IMG/VR virus record: IMGVR_UViG_3300009154_000068
Coordinates: 1-57,279 of that record
Reading direction: 5' to 3' (one strand)
Origin: a virus
Taxonomy: Duplodnaviria; Caudoviricetes
Length of the DNA stretch: 57,279 nucleotides
Under the pieces are notes generated by a model. The model was not told where the DNA came from and did not search any database. It worked only from the letters and a program-made list of their open reading frames with translations. Below are positions 29,628 to 38,408 of this stretch, piece by piece (the first letter of the stretch is position 1; each line of letters starts with the position of its first letter). The position numbers were made by a program, and so were the translations under genes.

Positions 29628-29671
29628 TATTTATACTTTGTTGATAAACGATATTATTTATTGTATAAATA
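29628..29671. promoter_or_regulatory. Divergent pair of late promoters
   Basis: TATAAATA on the minus strand at 29628-29635 and on the plus strand at 29664-29671. Confidence 0.75.
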
Positions 29672-29705
29672 TAAGTATATTCACGAAACTAAAAAAATAG
29701 TCATC

Positions 29706-32564
29706 ATGAGAAAATTAAAATGGATAACACCCAATAGTTTAGGAATCATCGAGGAACACGCTTACTTTGAAATTCAATTAAAAGCTAAGTCGACGGAGTC
29801 TTCTGAGGTTTTCTATTCAATGATTTCTGGAAGTATTCCAACAGGTGTAAAATTATCAGATTCGGGTTTGTTATATGGGGTTGCTAATACACTTAAATCT
29901 AACACAAAAGAATTTGATTCAATAATTGAATTTACAGTTAGAGCCTGGGATAGTTCTGGTGTCATTGCCGATAAGACATTTAATTTTATAGTTTCAACAT
30001 TGACAAATATAGGTATTGTTCCAGAAGAAGAATTTTTAGGAACTTTTATAGATGGTGAAAAGTTTTTCCATCAGATCAATTTAGACACTTTTGGGCAAAT
30101 TAGGCCAATAACATGGCGCTTAGCCAATGGAAAAATCCCAGAGGGAATAACTATCAGTTCTGATGGAAAAATTCATGGGTTTCTTGGTAATAAAATAACA
30201 GACCAAACATTAAACCAATATGGTTGGGACAAATCTGCATGGGACATGTATTTCTTAGATGCCACTAGACCACAAAATGCCAGTGTTTATCAATTCACTA
30301 TGGAGGCAGATGACGGGATCTATCAAAATAGAAAATCTTATAAAATAGAAGTACTACCCAGGAACTATACTGTGCGGGCTGATAGAACATATCCTTTATC
30401 CTATGATTTTTCTAAATTAGATGCTTCACAAAATGGTTACTTGCCCTATATCATTGAAGAATCCAAAACTTTGCCGCAAGTGAGAATGGAGTTGTCAAGG
30501 CATGATACCAACTTTGCATTTAAATTTAATGCAAGGGATCTGGATAATGATGAAATTTATTATGAAATAACTAGTCCAGACAATGGTGGATTTGATCAGG
30601 ATGGAGAAGTTGGTTTTGGTCAAGGCGGTCTTGATTCTAGTGACTACCCAATGCCAGTTGGCATAGGCCTGAACAATCAATCAGGTTGGTATACTGGGCA
30701 CTTTTTTAAGCAAAATAAAACAAATTCCAATCATACTTTTCAAATATATGCTAGAAAAAAGTTGGGTAGAGAGTACTCTGGACCAAAAACAAATTTCAAT
30801 ATGACGGTTCTTGGGGACTATAACGATGAAATTCATTGGATTACTGATAGTGATTTGGGAACTATAGATAATGGAAGCTTTAGTAGTTTAAGAGTGCAGG
30901 CAGTGACGAACACTAATTCTAAATTATATTATAGATTAAGTCCATTGAAATATAGTAGAACTCCACAAGGAGTAGTGTTGCTATCTACCGGGGAACTTTC
31001 GGGCAGGGTCAGTTTTAGGCATTTCAGCCTGGATGGTGGAAGTCTAACTTTGGATCAAGACAAAACGCTCTTTGATAGACAATATTCATTCACAGTCATT
31101 GCTCATGATCTGTATTTTAAATATTATAGTGAAAAAACATTCAACCTAAGAGTAAATGTGTCTTACAAGGAGCCTTATGATTCCCTATATCTAAGAGCAA
31201 TGCCAAATAAAGTGCAGAGAAAATTTTTAAAATCAATAATTGAAAGTGAATATTATTTTCCCAGTAATCTGATATATCGATCAGCTGTTCCTTGGTGGGG
31301 AAAAAAACACTATTTGGAATTTTTATTTTTAACAGGGTTACCCCCTGGGGATTTATCAATATATTTGCCGGCTCTTGAAAAAAATCATTATTCCAAGACA
31401 TTTACTTTTGGTGAAGTAAAAACAGCAGCCGCGATTGATGAAAACTATAATATAATTTATGAGGTCGTGTACTTGGATGTCATTGATAGTCAACTCGGTG
31501 TTGATTCAAAAACTGGGTTGAAAAAATATCCACAACAGGATATCAATTTGGGAAAACTCAGTAATTTTTATTCTGTTAATGGTGTTGATCAAACCAAGTT
31601 ATGTCCCAATGGTTTGGGGAATATGAGTAAACAAGTTATTGATCATATTCCAATCAATGAAAAATCCCCATTACCAAAATGGATGACGTCAATGCAACCA
31701 AACCCCAATTCTATTTCACTCTTTGATCCGCCTTTAGGATATATTCCGGCTGTTGTTTTGGCTTATACTGAGCCTGGCGGCAGCAAAACAATAGCATACC
31801 GACTCAAATCCAATAATGTGTTATTTAATAATATTGAATTTACTACGGATAGGTATCTATTGGACAATGTTCTGAGCAAATACTATGACATTACCAAAAA
31901 ACAATTTATTCAAGGAATCCCGTGTTATCTTGACCAAAAAGTCAGTGTTGCTGAATGTTATAGAATAAAAGGCAACGTTGATTGGGCTATTGATGCAACC
32001 TATTCACAAATATCGGGTAAATTGGTTTCTGATTTAATTGCGGGAAATATTTTTGATGGCCAAAATAGCGTTGTTGATGGTGATACTGTAATTTTAATTC
32101 AAAGTAGCGGTTATATTTCCATCAATGACTATTCAACTGGTTGGGTTGATTATGCAAATAATAGAATCATACCAGGCTATTTGAACCAATTGATAACCGG
32201 AGCAGATAATGAAAGATCGGCGGTTTATCAAATAACTATTGATAGTAACGGATATTTATTTTTGAACGTATTAGAATTGTCTGCCCCGGGCGATATTGTT
32301 ACTATAAAAAATGGAAATATATATGGGGGGAAAAATCTATGTTTGGATCATTATGCCATACATGGCTATGATATAACTTGGAGAGAATTTAAAAACACAT
32401 TGATTATAGATCCTCTTACAAACTTGCAAATCATAAAAAATAGAAAACCAACAACTTTTGATTCCGACTCAACTAGATTTGTTAGTAATAAAGATAGATT
32501 TTATCTAGATCCTAATGTCGAGGATAAATATATTAAATTCCCAAAAACTGGAGTATTCATTTAA
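29706..32564 (+). CDS. Baseplate wedge-like structural protein with Ig-like repeats
   Basis: WITP..SLG.I, SG.IP.G..L...G, FT(V/I).A repeats; YEVVY; T.FD...TRF; DKYIKFPK; start moved to the ATG at 29706. Confidence 0.7.
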   Translation: MRKLKWITPNSLGIIEEHAYFEIQLKAKSTESSEVFYSMISGSIPTGVKLSDSGLLYGVANTLKSNTKEFDSIIEFTVRAWDSSGVIADKTFNFIVSTLTNIGIVPEEEFLGTFIDGEKFFHQINLDTFGQIRPITWRLANGKIPEGITISSDGKIHGFLGNKITDQTLNQYGWDKSAWDMYFLDATRPQNASVYQFTMEADDGIYQNRKSYKIEVLPRNYTVRADRTYPLSYDFSKLDASQNGYLPYIIEESKTLPQVRMELSRHDTNFAFKFNARDLDNDEIYYEITSPDNGGFDQDGEVGFGQGGLDSSDYPMPVGIGLNNQSGWYTGHFFKQNKTNSNHTFQIYARKKLGREYSGPKTNFNMTVLGDYNDEIHWITDSDLGTIDNGSFSSLRVQAVTNTNSKLYYRLSPLKYSRTPQGVVLLSTGELSGRVSFRHFSLDGGSLTLDQDKTLFDRQYSFTVIAHDLYFKYYSEKTFNLRVNVSYKEPYDSLYLRAMPNKVQRKFLKSIIESEYYFPSNLIYRSAVPWWGKKHYLEFLFLTGLPPGDLSIYLPALEKNHYSKTFTFGEVKTAAAIDENYNIIYEVVYLDVIDSQLGVDSKTGLKKYPQQDINLGKLSNFYSVNGVDQTKLCPNGLGNMSKQVIDHIPINEKSPLPKWMTSMQPNPNSISLFDPPLGYIPAVVLAYTEPGGSKTIAYRLKSNNVLFNNIEFTTDRYLLDNVLSKYYDITKKQFIQGIPCYLDQKVSVAECYRIKGNVDWAIDATYSQISGKLVSDLIAGNIFDGQNSVVDGDTVILIQSSGYISINDYSTGWVDYANNRIIPGYLNQLITGADNERSAVYQITIDSNGYLFLNVLELSAPGDIVTIKNGNIYGGKNLCLDHYAIHGYDITWREFKNTLIIDPLTNLQIIKNRKPTTFDSDSTRFVSNKDRFYLDPNVEDKYIKFPKTGVFI

Positions 32565-32565
32565 C

Positions 32566-33138
32566 ATGCCTTGTAATATCAACCCCAATAACATCGATGG
32601 TAATTATCCTATTGCTGGTCAAGACAACGACAGTCAAGGTTTTAGAGATAATTTTTCTAATATTAAAACCAACTTAGCCTTTGCCAAGTCAGAGATAGAG
32701 GACCTGCAAAAAAATGCAATTTTGAAGTCTGCATTAGTTGGCTCGACACTGAATAATGATCTAAATGGCAATATATTATATCGAGCTCAGTTAAGATCAA
32801 ATACATATTCTTTTACAGATCTGGGGCCCAAAGCAGGTGCTGTTAGCGTAAGCTTTTTGGACTCAAATATTCAAAAAATTAGCACTCTTGGCAGAATTGA
32901 TTTGAATCTAGTTGATTTCCCTACTACTATTGGTGTTTATTCATCATTGAGACTTTGGTTATCTATTAAAAATTTAGTAGATTTGATTATATTGCCAGTA
33001 ACTGTAGTTTATGGGTTAGACAGTATCGTTGGATACAATACAGCAACCAGAGAACTATCATTTCCTGTAATAGGAGACTATATGTTTGAGTTTTCAACGG
33101 CCGATGGCGTTAATTTTTGGATTGCCAAAATTGCTTAA
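32566..33138 (+). CDS. Virion structural protein
   Basis: INPNNIDGNYPIAGQDNDSQGFRDNF N-terminus; follows the baseplate-like gene. Confidence 0.65.
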   Translation: MPCNINPNNIDGNYPIAGQDNDSQGFRDNFSNIKTNLAFAKSEIEDLQKNAILKSALVGSTLNNDLNGNILYRAQLRSNTYSFTDLGPKAGAVSVSFLDSNIQKISTLGRIDLNLVDFPTTIGVYSSLRLWLSIKNLVDLIILPVTVVYGLDSIVGYNTATRELSFPVIGDYMFEFSTADGVNFWIAKIA

Positions 33139-33181
33139 AAATAGTTGACTTTTGACAATTTGTTGCTATACTTAACAAGTG

Positions 33182-33316
33182 ATGGCAACAAATCTAATGA
33201 ATCAAAACTCAGACATTCTCCTGGTTTTAAATGAGATTCTTGATCTCATTTCGTCGGGTAGAATCGAAATGGCAAAAAAATTGCTTGAACAATTAATAGA
33301 TATTATTCCAGAATAG
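33182..33316 (+). CDS. 44 aa peptide (not in ORF track)
   Basis: MATNLMNQNSDILLVLNEILDLISSGRIEMAKKLLEQLIDIIPE, after TTGACT-16-TATACT (33145-33172). Confidence 0.45.
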   Translation: MATNLMNQNSDILLVLNEILDLISSGRIEMAKKLLEQLIDIIPE

Positions 33317-33320
33317 GTAT

Positions 33321-33554
33321 ATGCACCCACTATCACCTGATCTATCAAGTTTAACTGATGCAGATTTGCACAAAAAACATGGCGAATTAATTAAACGACT
33401 ATATCAAGCACAGAGATATGGCAGCGATGTTGCTGGACAACTCAGCATGTTGGTGGGCGATTATCAATTAGAAATTCAAAGAAGAAATGATTTGATCATG
33501 GCCGAAGCTAGAAAAAATAATCCAAATTTTGATGGAACCATTGATATCAGCTGA
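33321..33554 (+). CDS. Hypothetical protein
   Basis: MHPL..DLS.L.D..L; helical. Confidence 0.7.
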   Translation: MHPLSPDLSSLTDADLHKKHGELIKRLYQAQRYGSDVAGQLSMLVGDYQLEIQRRNDLIMAEARKNNPNFDGTIDIS

Positions 33555-34062
33555 AATTGATCAATATGGTAGAAGGTACGTTACGACCGACGCCATTTTT
33601 GAAATGTTATATCAGAACCCTAATTTGGATATGTCCAAGTTATTGGTGAAAGACGGTGGACAATATAATAAAAGTATTAATGATTTACACGCCGACTTAA
33701 CCCATTTGCAAATTTATGAATCATTGAATATTGATGTAGATCATTATGATAGGTTGCATAGAGAGTATTGGTTGATGCCTGACAAATACATAAATTTTGA
33801 CATTGCACGATGGATATTGGAACAATGTAAAGATCAAGTAGAATTGCAGAGGGTCGCAGAAGAATTGATTCTCTTTCAAGAAAGAGACTTGTTTTCTCTT
33901 TTAAAATATTTAAAATATTTTGTTGACACAATGCGTGAACATAATATTGTTTTGGGTGTAGGTCGTGGTAGTAGTGTTGCTAGTTTTGTGCTTTATTTAA
34001 TTGGAGTTCATAAAATAAATTCTATTAAATTTTCTTTAGACATTCGAGAATTTTTAAAATAG
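33529..34062 (+). CDS. DnaE (Pol III alpha)-like fragment preceding the catalytic DxD
   Basis: RVAEEL...GVGRGSSVASFVLYLIGVHKINS...LD..EFLK parallels DnaE GPGRGSxAGSLVAY...L.FERFL. Confidence 0.85.
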   Translation: MMEPLISAEIDQYGRRYVTTDAIFEMLYQNPNLDMSKLLVKDGGQYNKSINDLHADLTHLQIYESLNIDVDHYDRLHREYWLMPDKYINFDIARWILEQCKDQVELQRVAEELILFQERDLFSLLKYLKYFVDTMREHNIVLGVGRGSSVASFVLYLIGVHKINSIKFSLDIREFLK

Positions 34063-34104
34063 ACGACACTTACACTTATAAATAAATTTCAAGGAGTCTA
34101 ATAT

Positions 34105-34455
34105 ATGAAAAAAACATACACATCTGCGATGGGAAAACCTATTGATATGGATAACATCAGATTGGTTAACGAAGATACTATTGCTATTGGCAATATGAAG
34201 GTCAATGCTCGTGGAGACGAGTTGGGATTTAGTGGTCAAGTTGTGAAAACTAGAAATCAACTAATGGACGAATATTATCGTTTGAATACTCCCTCGGCTA
34301 GAGAATCGTCAGACTACTTAGAAGAGGACAATTGGGAGCCAGAATCGAAAAAAACAATTTTAACTCCTATGCCATCCGATAATCAAACACTAGAACAACT
34401 CGATCAACCAAAATCCGATGCTAAACCTTTAATCCAAAATCCGAAAAAATCATGA
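34105..34455 (+). CDS. Late hypothetical protein
   Basis: TATAAATA at 34077-34084; AGGAG SD; AIGNMKVNARGDELG. Confidence 0.7.
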   Translation: MKKTYTSAMGKPIDMDNIRLVNEDTIAIGNMKVNARGDELGFSGQVVKTRNQLMDEYYRLNTPSARESSDYLEEDNWEPESKKTILTPMPSDNQTLEQLDQPKSDAKPLIQNPKKS

Positions 34456-34802
34456 GCATTAATCCAATTAAAATTAAATCTATTACTCCAATTGGGGATC
34501 ATGTCATTGTTAGTGACATGAATTTTAAAGAACGCATTACTACTGGTGGTATTGTTCTGCTGGGTGATAATGGTAAGAGCTCAGGTATTAGACCACGGTG
34601 GGCTCAGGTATATGCAGTCGGACCAACACAAACTGATGTCCAAGTTGGAGAATGGTTATGTGTTGCTCATGGACGTTGGACTCGAGGTGTCGTTATTGAA
34701 GATAACAGCGGTGTTCATACTATTCGAAGAATTGACGTAAATGATATTCTAATGGTATCAGATTCACAACCAAACGACGATACTATCAGCAACGCAGTCT
34801 GA
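34452..34802 (+). CDS. groES: GroES-like co-chaperonin
   Basis: PIGDHVIV...TTGGIVL...VYAVGP...VQVGE. Confidence 0.82.
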   Translation: MSINPIKIKSITPIGDHVIVSDMNFKERITTGGIVLLGDNGKSSGIRPRWAQVYAVGPTQTDVQVGEWLCVAHGRWTRGVVIEDNSGVHTIRRIDVNDILMVSDSQPNDDTISNAV

Positions 34803-35032
34803 TGTATATGAACCAAAAGACCTGGGATGTTGCTGATATTGTTCGGCAGCTAAAGGCAATACATCATCAAGCAAACAATCCTTATAATGACGGTTGGGTG
34901 GCCGGCGGTTGCAAACAGGATCTATATCAGTTAAAATGCATAATTGAAGATTTGTATAACACTTGTCCTAGTTTTTTAGATGAAGACAAATGGGAACAAA
35001 AAAGATTAATCGAAATTTTAAAGAGAGACTGA
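34802..35032 (+). CDS. Hypothetical protein
   Basis: TGATG coupling; 76 aa. Confidence 0.65.
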   Translation: MYMNQKTWDVADIVRQLKAIHHQANNPYNDGWVAGGCKQDLYQLKCIIEDLYNTCPSFLDEDKWEQKRLIEILKRD

Positions 35033-35036
35033 TTAG

Positions 35037-35960
35037 ATGAAAATGCTTTGGACAGAAAAATTCAGACCAAAAGTCGTTGGGGATTATGTATTCACTGATA
35101 ATACCCAACGAAAACAAATTGAGTCCTGGATTAAAGATAAATCGATCCCACACATACTTTTGAGCGGCAGCCCTGGTACTGGTAAAACTACCTTAGCTAA
35201 AGTATTGGTCAATGAACTTGCTATTGATGAGTATGACTTTTTACAAGTTAATGCTAGTCGAGATAATGGTGTGGACTTTCTTAAAAGTAAAATTGAGGGC
35301 TTCGTTAGTACAATGCCTTTTGGCCATTTGAAAATTGTTCTGCTTGATGAGGCAGATTATCTTTCACATTCTAGTCAAGCTATTTTGCGTGGACTTATGG
35401 AAACATACCATGCTCAAGCAAGGTTTATTTTGACATGTAATAAACCGCACAAGATTATGGATGCTCTACACAGTAGATGCCAAACTTTTCACATTGACAA
35501 AACTGATGTGACTGAATTTACTGCTAGAATGGCTACTATTTTGGTGACAGAAAATATTGAGTTTGATTTAGATACGTTGGATCTTTATATCAAAGCCACT
35601 TACCCAGATTTGAGGAAGTGCTTGAATTTATTGCAAGCCAATAGTATAGATAATACTCTTGCGACACCAGGTCAGAATGATCATGCAGTGAAAGATTGGC
35701 GACTCACAGCAGTCGAACAATTTAAACAAGGTCAGATTCGACAAGCTAGATCAACAATTTGCGCACAGGCAGCAACTGAGGATATTGAAGAAATCTTCCG
35801 TTGGTGTTATGACAATTTGGAAATTTGGAGTAAGCGTCCCGAAGGACAAGACGAAGCTATTCAAATTATTAGACGTGGCCTGGTACATCATGCAGTTTGT
35901 GCGGATGCAGAAATAAACCTGAGTGCTACAGTGACCGAACTTATTCACATTGAAGGATGA
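35037..35960 (+). CDS. Sliding clamp loader large subunit (T4 gp44/RFC-like)
   Basis: LWTEKFRP, GSPGTGKTT, NAS, LLDEAD, SRC, PDLRK. Confidence 0.93.
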   Translation: MKMLWTEKFRPKVVGDYVFTDNTQRKQIESWIKDKSIPHILLSGSPGTGKTTLAKVLVNELAIDEYDFLQVNASRDNGVDFLKSKIEGFVSTMPFGHLKIVLLDEADYLSHSSQAILRGLMETYHAQARFILTCNKPHKIMDALHSRCQTFHIDKTDVTEFTARMATILVTENIEFDLDTLDLYIKATYPDLRKCLNLLQANSIDNTLATPGQNDHAVKDWRLTAVEQFKQGQIRQARSTICAQAATEDIEEIFRWCYDNLEIWSKRPEGQDEAIQIIRRGLVHHAVCADAEINLSATVTELIHIEG

Positions 35961-35961
35961 T

Positions 35962-36387
35962 ATGAAAACTAAATCAATTTACTTAATTGCCACCTATGCC
36001 GCAAAACCAAAACATAAGGGTTTGGGAAATACTGCTGGTTGGATGAAAGATGCCAATAATATTGCTTACGATGAACAAGTGACTTTTAGTCGAGGACTTA
36101 AAGCTCGAGATCTACAAACAGCCAAAATTATTTTGAATTTATCCAAAACCTGTATTGAACGCAATACTTGGCAAGCAGAAAAAACTTTTCCAGAATTGTT
36201 CAGCTATTTTTATCAAGCTTACCCAAAATACTTGGAACCCATTATGCAGGAATTGGGGTATCAGATCCAATCTTCAGACGCCCCAGTTGCTGTTGAAAAC
36301 GCAGAGATGCCCAACGATGTGCAAATGGCCGAAGTTAAGGAAATAACACCAAACTCTGGGGCTCAAGATGAACCCGTTGTTCAGTAA
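35962..36387 (+). CDS. Hypothetical protein
   Basis: ORF directly after the clamp loader. Confidence 0.65.
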   Translation: MKTKSIYLIATYAAKPKHKGLGNTAGWMKDANNIAYDEQVTFSRGLKARDLQTAKIILNLSKTCIERNTWQAEKTFPELFSYFYQAYPKYLEPIMQELGYQIQSSDAPVAVENAEMPNDVQMAEVKEITPNSGAQDEPVVQ

Positions 36388-36616
36388 ACTTTATAAACAT
36401 AAGAAAAAACGGGTGCGTGACCCAAACGCACCTCCACCACCTACCCTATTGGGCCAAGTAAAAGAACTTAAAGATACCAAGGCTCAAATTGAATTACAAT
36501 CCAGACATATCGACAGTTTAAACTCTGAATTAAACTTGTTGAAAAGTCGATATAGAAATTTAGAAATCAAAATAGAACAAATAGTTTATTTGATGAGCAG
36601 ATCCAGCAAGCGTTAA
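36368..36616 (+). CDS. Basic coiled-coil hypothetical protein
   Basis: KKKRVRDPNAPPPP then heptad repeats. Confidence 0.6.
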   Translation: MNPLFSKLYKHKKKRVRDPNAPPPPTLLGQVKELKDTKAQIELQSRHIDSLNSELNLLKSRYRNLEIKIEQIVYLMSRSSKR

Positions 36617-36661
36617 CTTTTGGTTGACGCTGACACCAAAATATATTATAATAATGGTGTT

Positions 36662-36817
36662 ATGAAGATAATAATCAAACTCCCTGCCCAAAAGCAAAGA
36701 CTCCATCAAGCTTTGTTTGACAATGATCTGCCTTTTCAACCAAGAAAACAGCCAAGTCAGAAACAATATAAGCGGCAACCCAAGCATAAAAAGTCCCAAG
36801 ATCGTGACGAATATTAG
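36662..36817 (+). CDS. Small basic protein
   Basis: After TTGACG-17-TATAAT (36624-36652); PFQP....KQYKRQPKHK loosely recalls ArfA-like basic tails. Confidence 0.55.
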   Translation: MKIIIKLPAQKQRLHQALFDNDLPFQPRKQPSQKQYKRQPKHKKSQDRDEY

Positions 36818-36826
36818 CAGAAATCG

Positions 36827-36855
36827 TTGACTTTTGGTGCGAAAACTGCTATAAT
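36827..36855 (+). promoter_or_regulatory. Sigma70-like early promoter
   Basis: TTGACT-17-TATAAT with extended -10 TG. Confidence 0.8.
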
Positions 36856-36887
36856 TTACACATAAATTGTTAATAGAAATGGCTGGT

Positions 36888-37028
36888 ATGCAATACACAT
36901 TGATCACTGCAAAAGGCAAAGTTTTTACATTTTTTCTGTTAACGGTCGCCGAAACATATCAATCAGCTTATGGTGGTGTTATCATTAGCAATTCAATTGA
37001 TCAAGAAACCACTGTAGGTGTTGTATGA
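36888..37028 (+). CDS. 46 aa protein (not in ORF track)
   Basis: MQYTLITAKGKVFTFFLLTVAETYQSAYGGVII... Confidence 0.55.
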   Translation: MQYTLITAKGKVFTFFLLTVAETYQSAYGGVIISNSIDQETTVGVV

Positions 37029-37192
37029 TGAATTTCAAAGAATGGCTCATAGACATGTGGAAGAAGAATCGTGAGGAACATGATCATTGGGGGCAACCAC
37101 AAATAAGTATTGAGCAATATTGGGCCATGTACAAATGGTGGTTGCGTAGAGAATATAGACATTATCAACAAACTCAAGGAGTGAAAAAATGA
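37025..37192 (+). CDS. 55 aa Trp-rich protein (not in ORF track)
   Basis: ATGA overlap; MMNFKEWL...YWAMYKWWLRREY. Confidence 0.65.
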   Translation: MMNFKEWLIDMWKKNREEHDHWGQPQISIEQYWAMYKWWLRREYRHYQQTQGVKK

Positions 37193-37362
37193 GTAGATTT
37201 GCACGTATCGTTGAAGATCCTGAATATCTTGACGAAGAAGTATTTCCCGAATCCGAATGGGATCAAGCATTTCCTCGTCCTACAATTAGTCCGTGGAGCG
37301 ATATTGCACTGGATAGATTGGTTCGAGATCTTGGTCTTAATCAAGTGCCAGAGCTATCCTAA
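37189..37362 (+). CDS. 57 aa acidic protein (not in ORF track)
   Basis: AGGAG SD; ATGA overlap; MSRFARIVEDPEYLDEE. Confidence 0.6.
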   Translation: MSRFARIVEDPEYLDEEVFPESEWDQAFPRPTISPWSDIALDRLVRDLGLNQVPELS

Positions 37363-37371
37363 TACTGTTAT

Positions 37372-37539
37372 ATGACTATTAATCTTTTAGCCGTTATTGC
37401 TGGTATTTTATGCATGAGCATTGGCAGTTCTGACATACGCACCAGCGTGGGGGATTGGGATTTATTTCTGGCCTGCTTGTGGATGAGTGCTGGAATTGTT
37501 CTAATTCGAATTGGAATCAACACCAATGATCCTGAGTAA
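37372..37539 (+). CDS. 55 aa membrane peptide (not in ORF track)
   Basis: Two hydrophobic stretches. Confidence 0.45.
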   Translation: MTINLLAVIAGILCMSIGSSDIRTSVGDWDLFLACLWMSAGIVLIRIGINTNDPE

Positions 37540-37544
37540 AAATC

Positions 37545-37624
37545 GTTGTGAAAAAACAACAATTTTTTGGTTGACTCTGATTCATTTTGGTTGTATAATA
37601 CTTGTATTGTAACGCAAAAAGGAG
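37545..37624 (+). promoter_or_regulatory. Palindrome plus early promoter/leader repeat copy 2
   Basis: GTTGT-N6-ACAAC, TTGACT-17-TATAAT, acttgtattgtaacgcaaaaaGGAG. Confidence 0.85.
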
Positions 37625-37629
37625 CTGTG

Positions 37630-37761
37630 ATGAAGGTCATTTACAAAGGCATTGAATATTTCCTTATTGGGGCATTTGGCGAAACGGTGGAAATTGCACC
37701 GACAAAACACGGTGCTGGTTCTTTTGAAGTTCATAAATCTTTGGTAACAGGAGTCCTGTAA
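37630..37761 (+). CDS. 43 aa early protein
   Basis: ATG after GGAG of the promoter repeat; MKVIYKGIEYFLIG. Confidence 0.6.
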   Translation: MKVIYKGIEYFLIGAFGETVEIAPTKHGAGSFEVHKSLVTGVL

Positions 37762-37762
37762 A

Positions 37763-38095
37763 ATGAAGCTGATGATCACAACTCAAAACCACGAAAACTA
37801 CGGTGCCCATGATTGGGACGGCGAGGGCGAGTGCCCGCAGTACTGGAAAGCCAAGGGCAGTAGCGAATATCGTTATGACCTGGGTCAGTACGGTCGTAGC
37901 CAGGAAGCCTTGACCGAGTTGGTGATGGCTCTGCGTGGCCAGGTTGAGGAAGACAACTACGGTTGGCGCAGTCGGGTGATTGACTGGGAAGTGGTGGCTG
38001 ATGATTACCTGACCGAGTTTGAGCGGGATCAGCTGGACTATGAGGGTGTGATTCGTCACCCTGCCAAGACTATTACTTTGGGTGCAAGGGGTTAA
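37763..38095 (+). CDS. Early hypothetical protein, GC-rich
   Basis: AGGAG SD; ENYGAHDWDGEGECPQYWKAKG. Confidence 0.8.
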   Translation: MKLMITTQNHENYGAHDWDGEGECPQYWKAKGSSEYRYDLGQYGRSQEALTELVMALRGQVEEDNYGWRSRVIDWEVVADDYLTEFERDQLDYEGVIRHPAKTITLGARG

Positions 38096-38097
38096 TT

Positions 38098-38334
38098 ATG
38101 AACGAACGAATCAATGATCTAAGACTTGAAGCAGGTATCAGCAGACTGCACGAAGTGCCATATATGGTTGCTGTAAACAAAGAGGGTGAACTCATTGAAC
38201 CATTAGAAGGACTACAAAAGTTTGCCCAGTTGATTGTGCGGGAATGTATGCAATTGAACAGTCAAGAATTGTCAATCACGGCCATTGAACGATTGCTACC
38301 CATGTATCAAGAACATTTCGGAGTTGAATCCTGA
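38098..38334 (+). CDS. Small early protein (MNERI...FAxLIVREC...HFGVE type)
   Basis: Motif visible in the translation. Confidence 0.7.
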   Translation: MNERINDLRLEAGISRLHEVPYMVAVNKEGELIEPLEGLQKFAQLIVRECMQLNSQELSITAIERLLPMYQEHFGVES

Positions 38335-38340
38335 TCAACA

Positions 38341-38403
38341 ATTTTTTGGTTGACTTTGATTTATTTTGATTGTATAATACTTGTATTGTAACGCAAATAG
38401 GAG
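38341..38403 (+). promoter_or_regulatory. Early promoter/leader repeat copy 3
   Basis: TTGACT-17-TATAAT-acttgtattgtaacgcaaataGGAG. Confidence 0.85.
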
Positions 38404-38408
38404 TTGGG

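Noticed and set aside
20944-34062. Split intein or pseudogene explanation for the DnaE pieces
   Set aside because: No intein terminal motifs; both ORFs are intact, operon-coupled and retain catalytic motifs.
37001-37270. Minus-strand ORFs of the track in 36560-38059
   Set aside because: The region is better explained by coupled small plus-strand ORFs behind consensus promoters.
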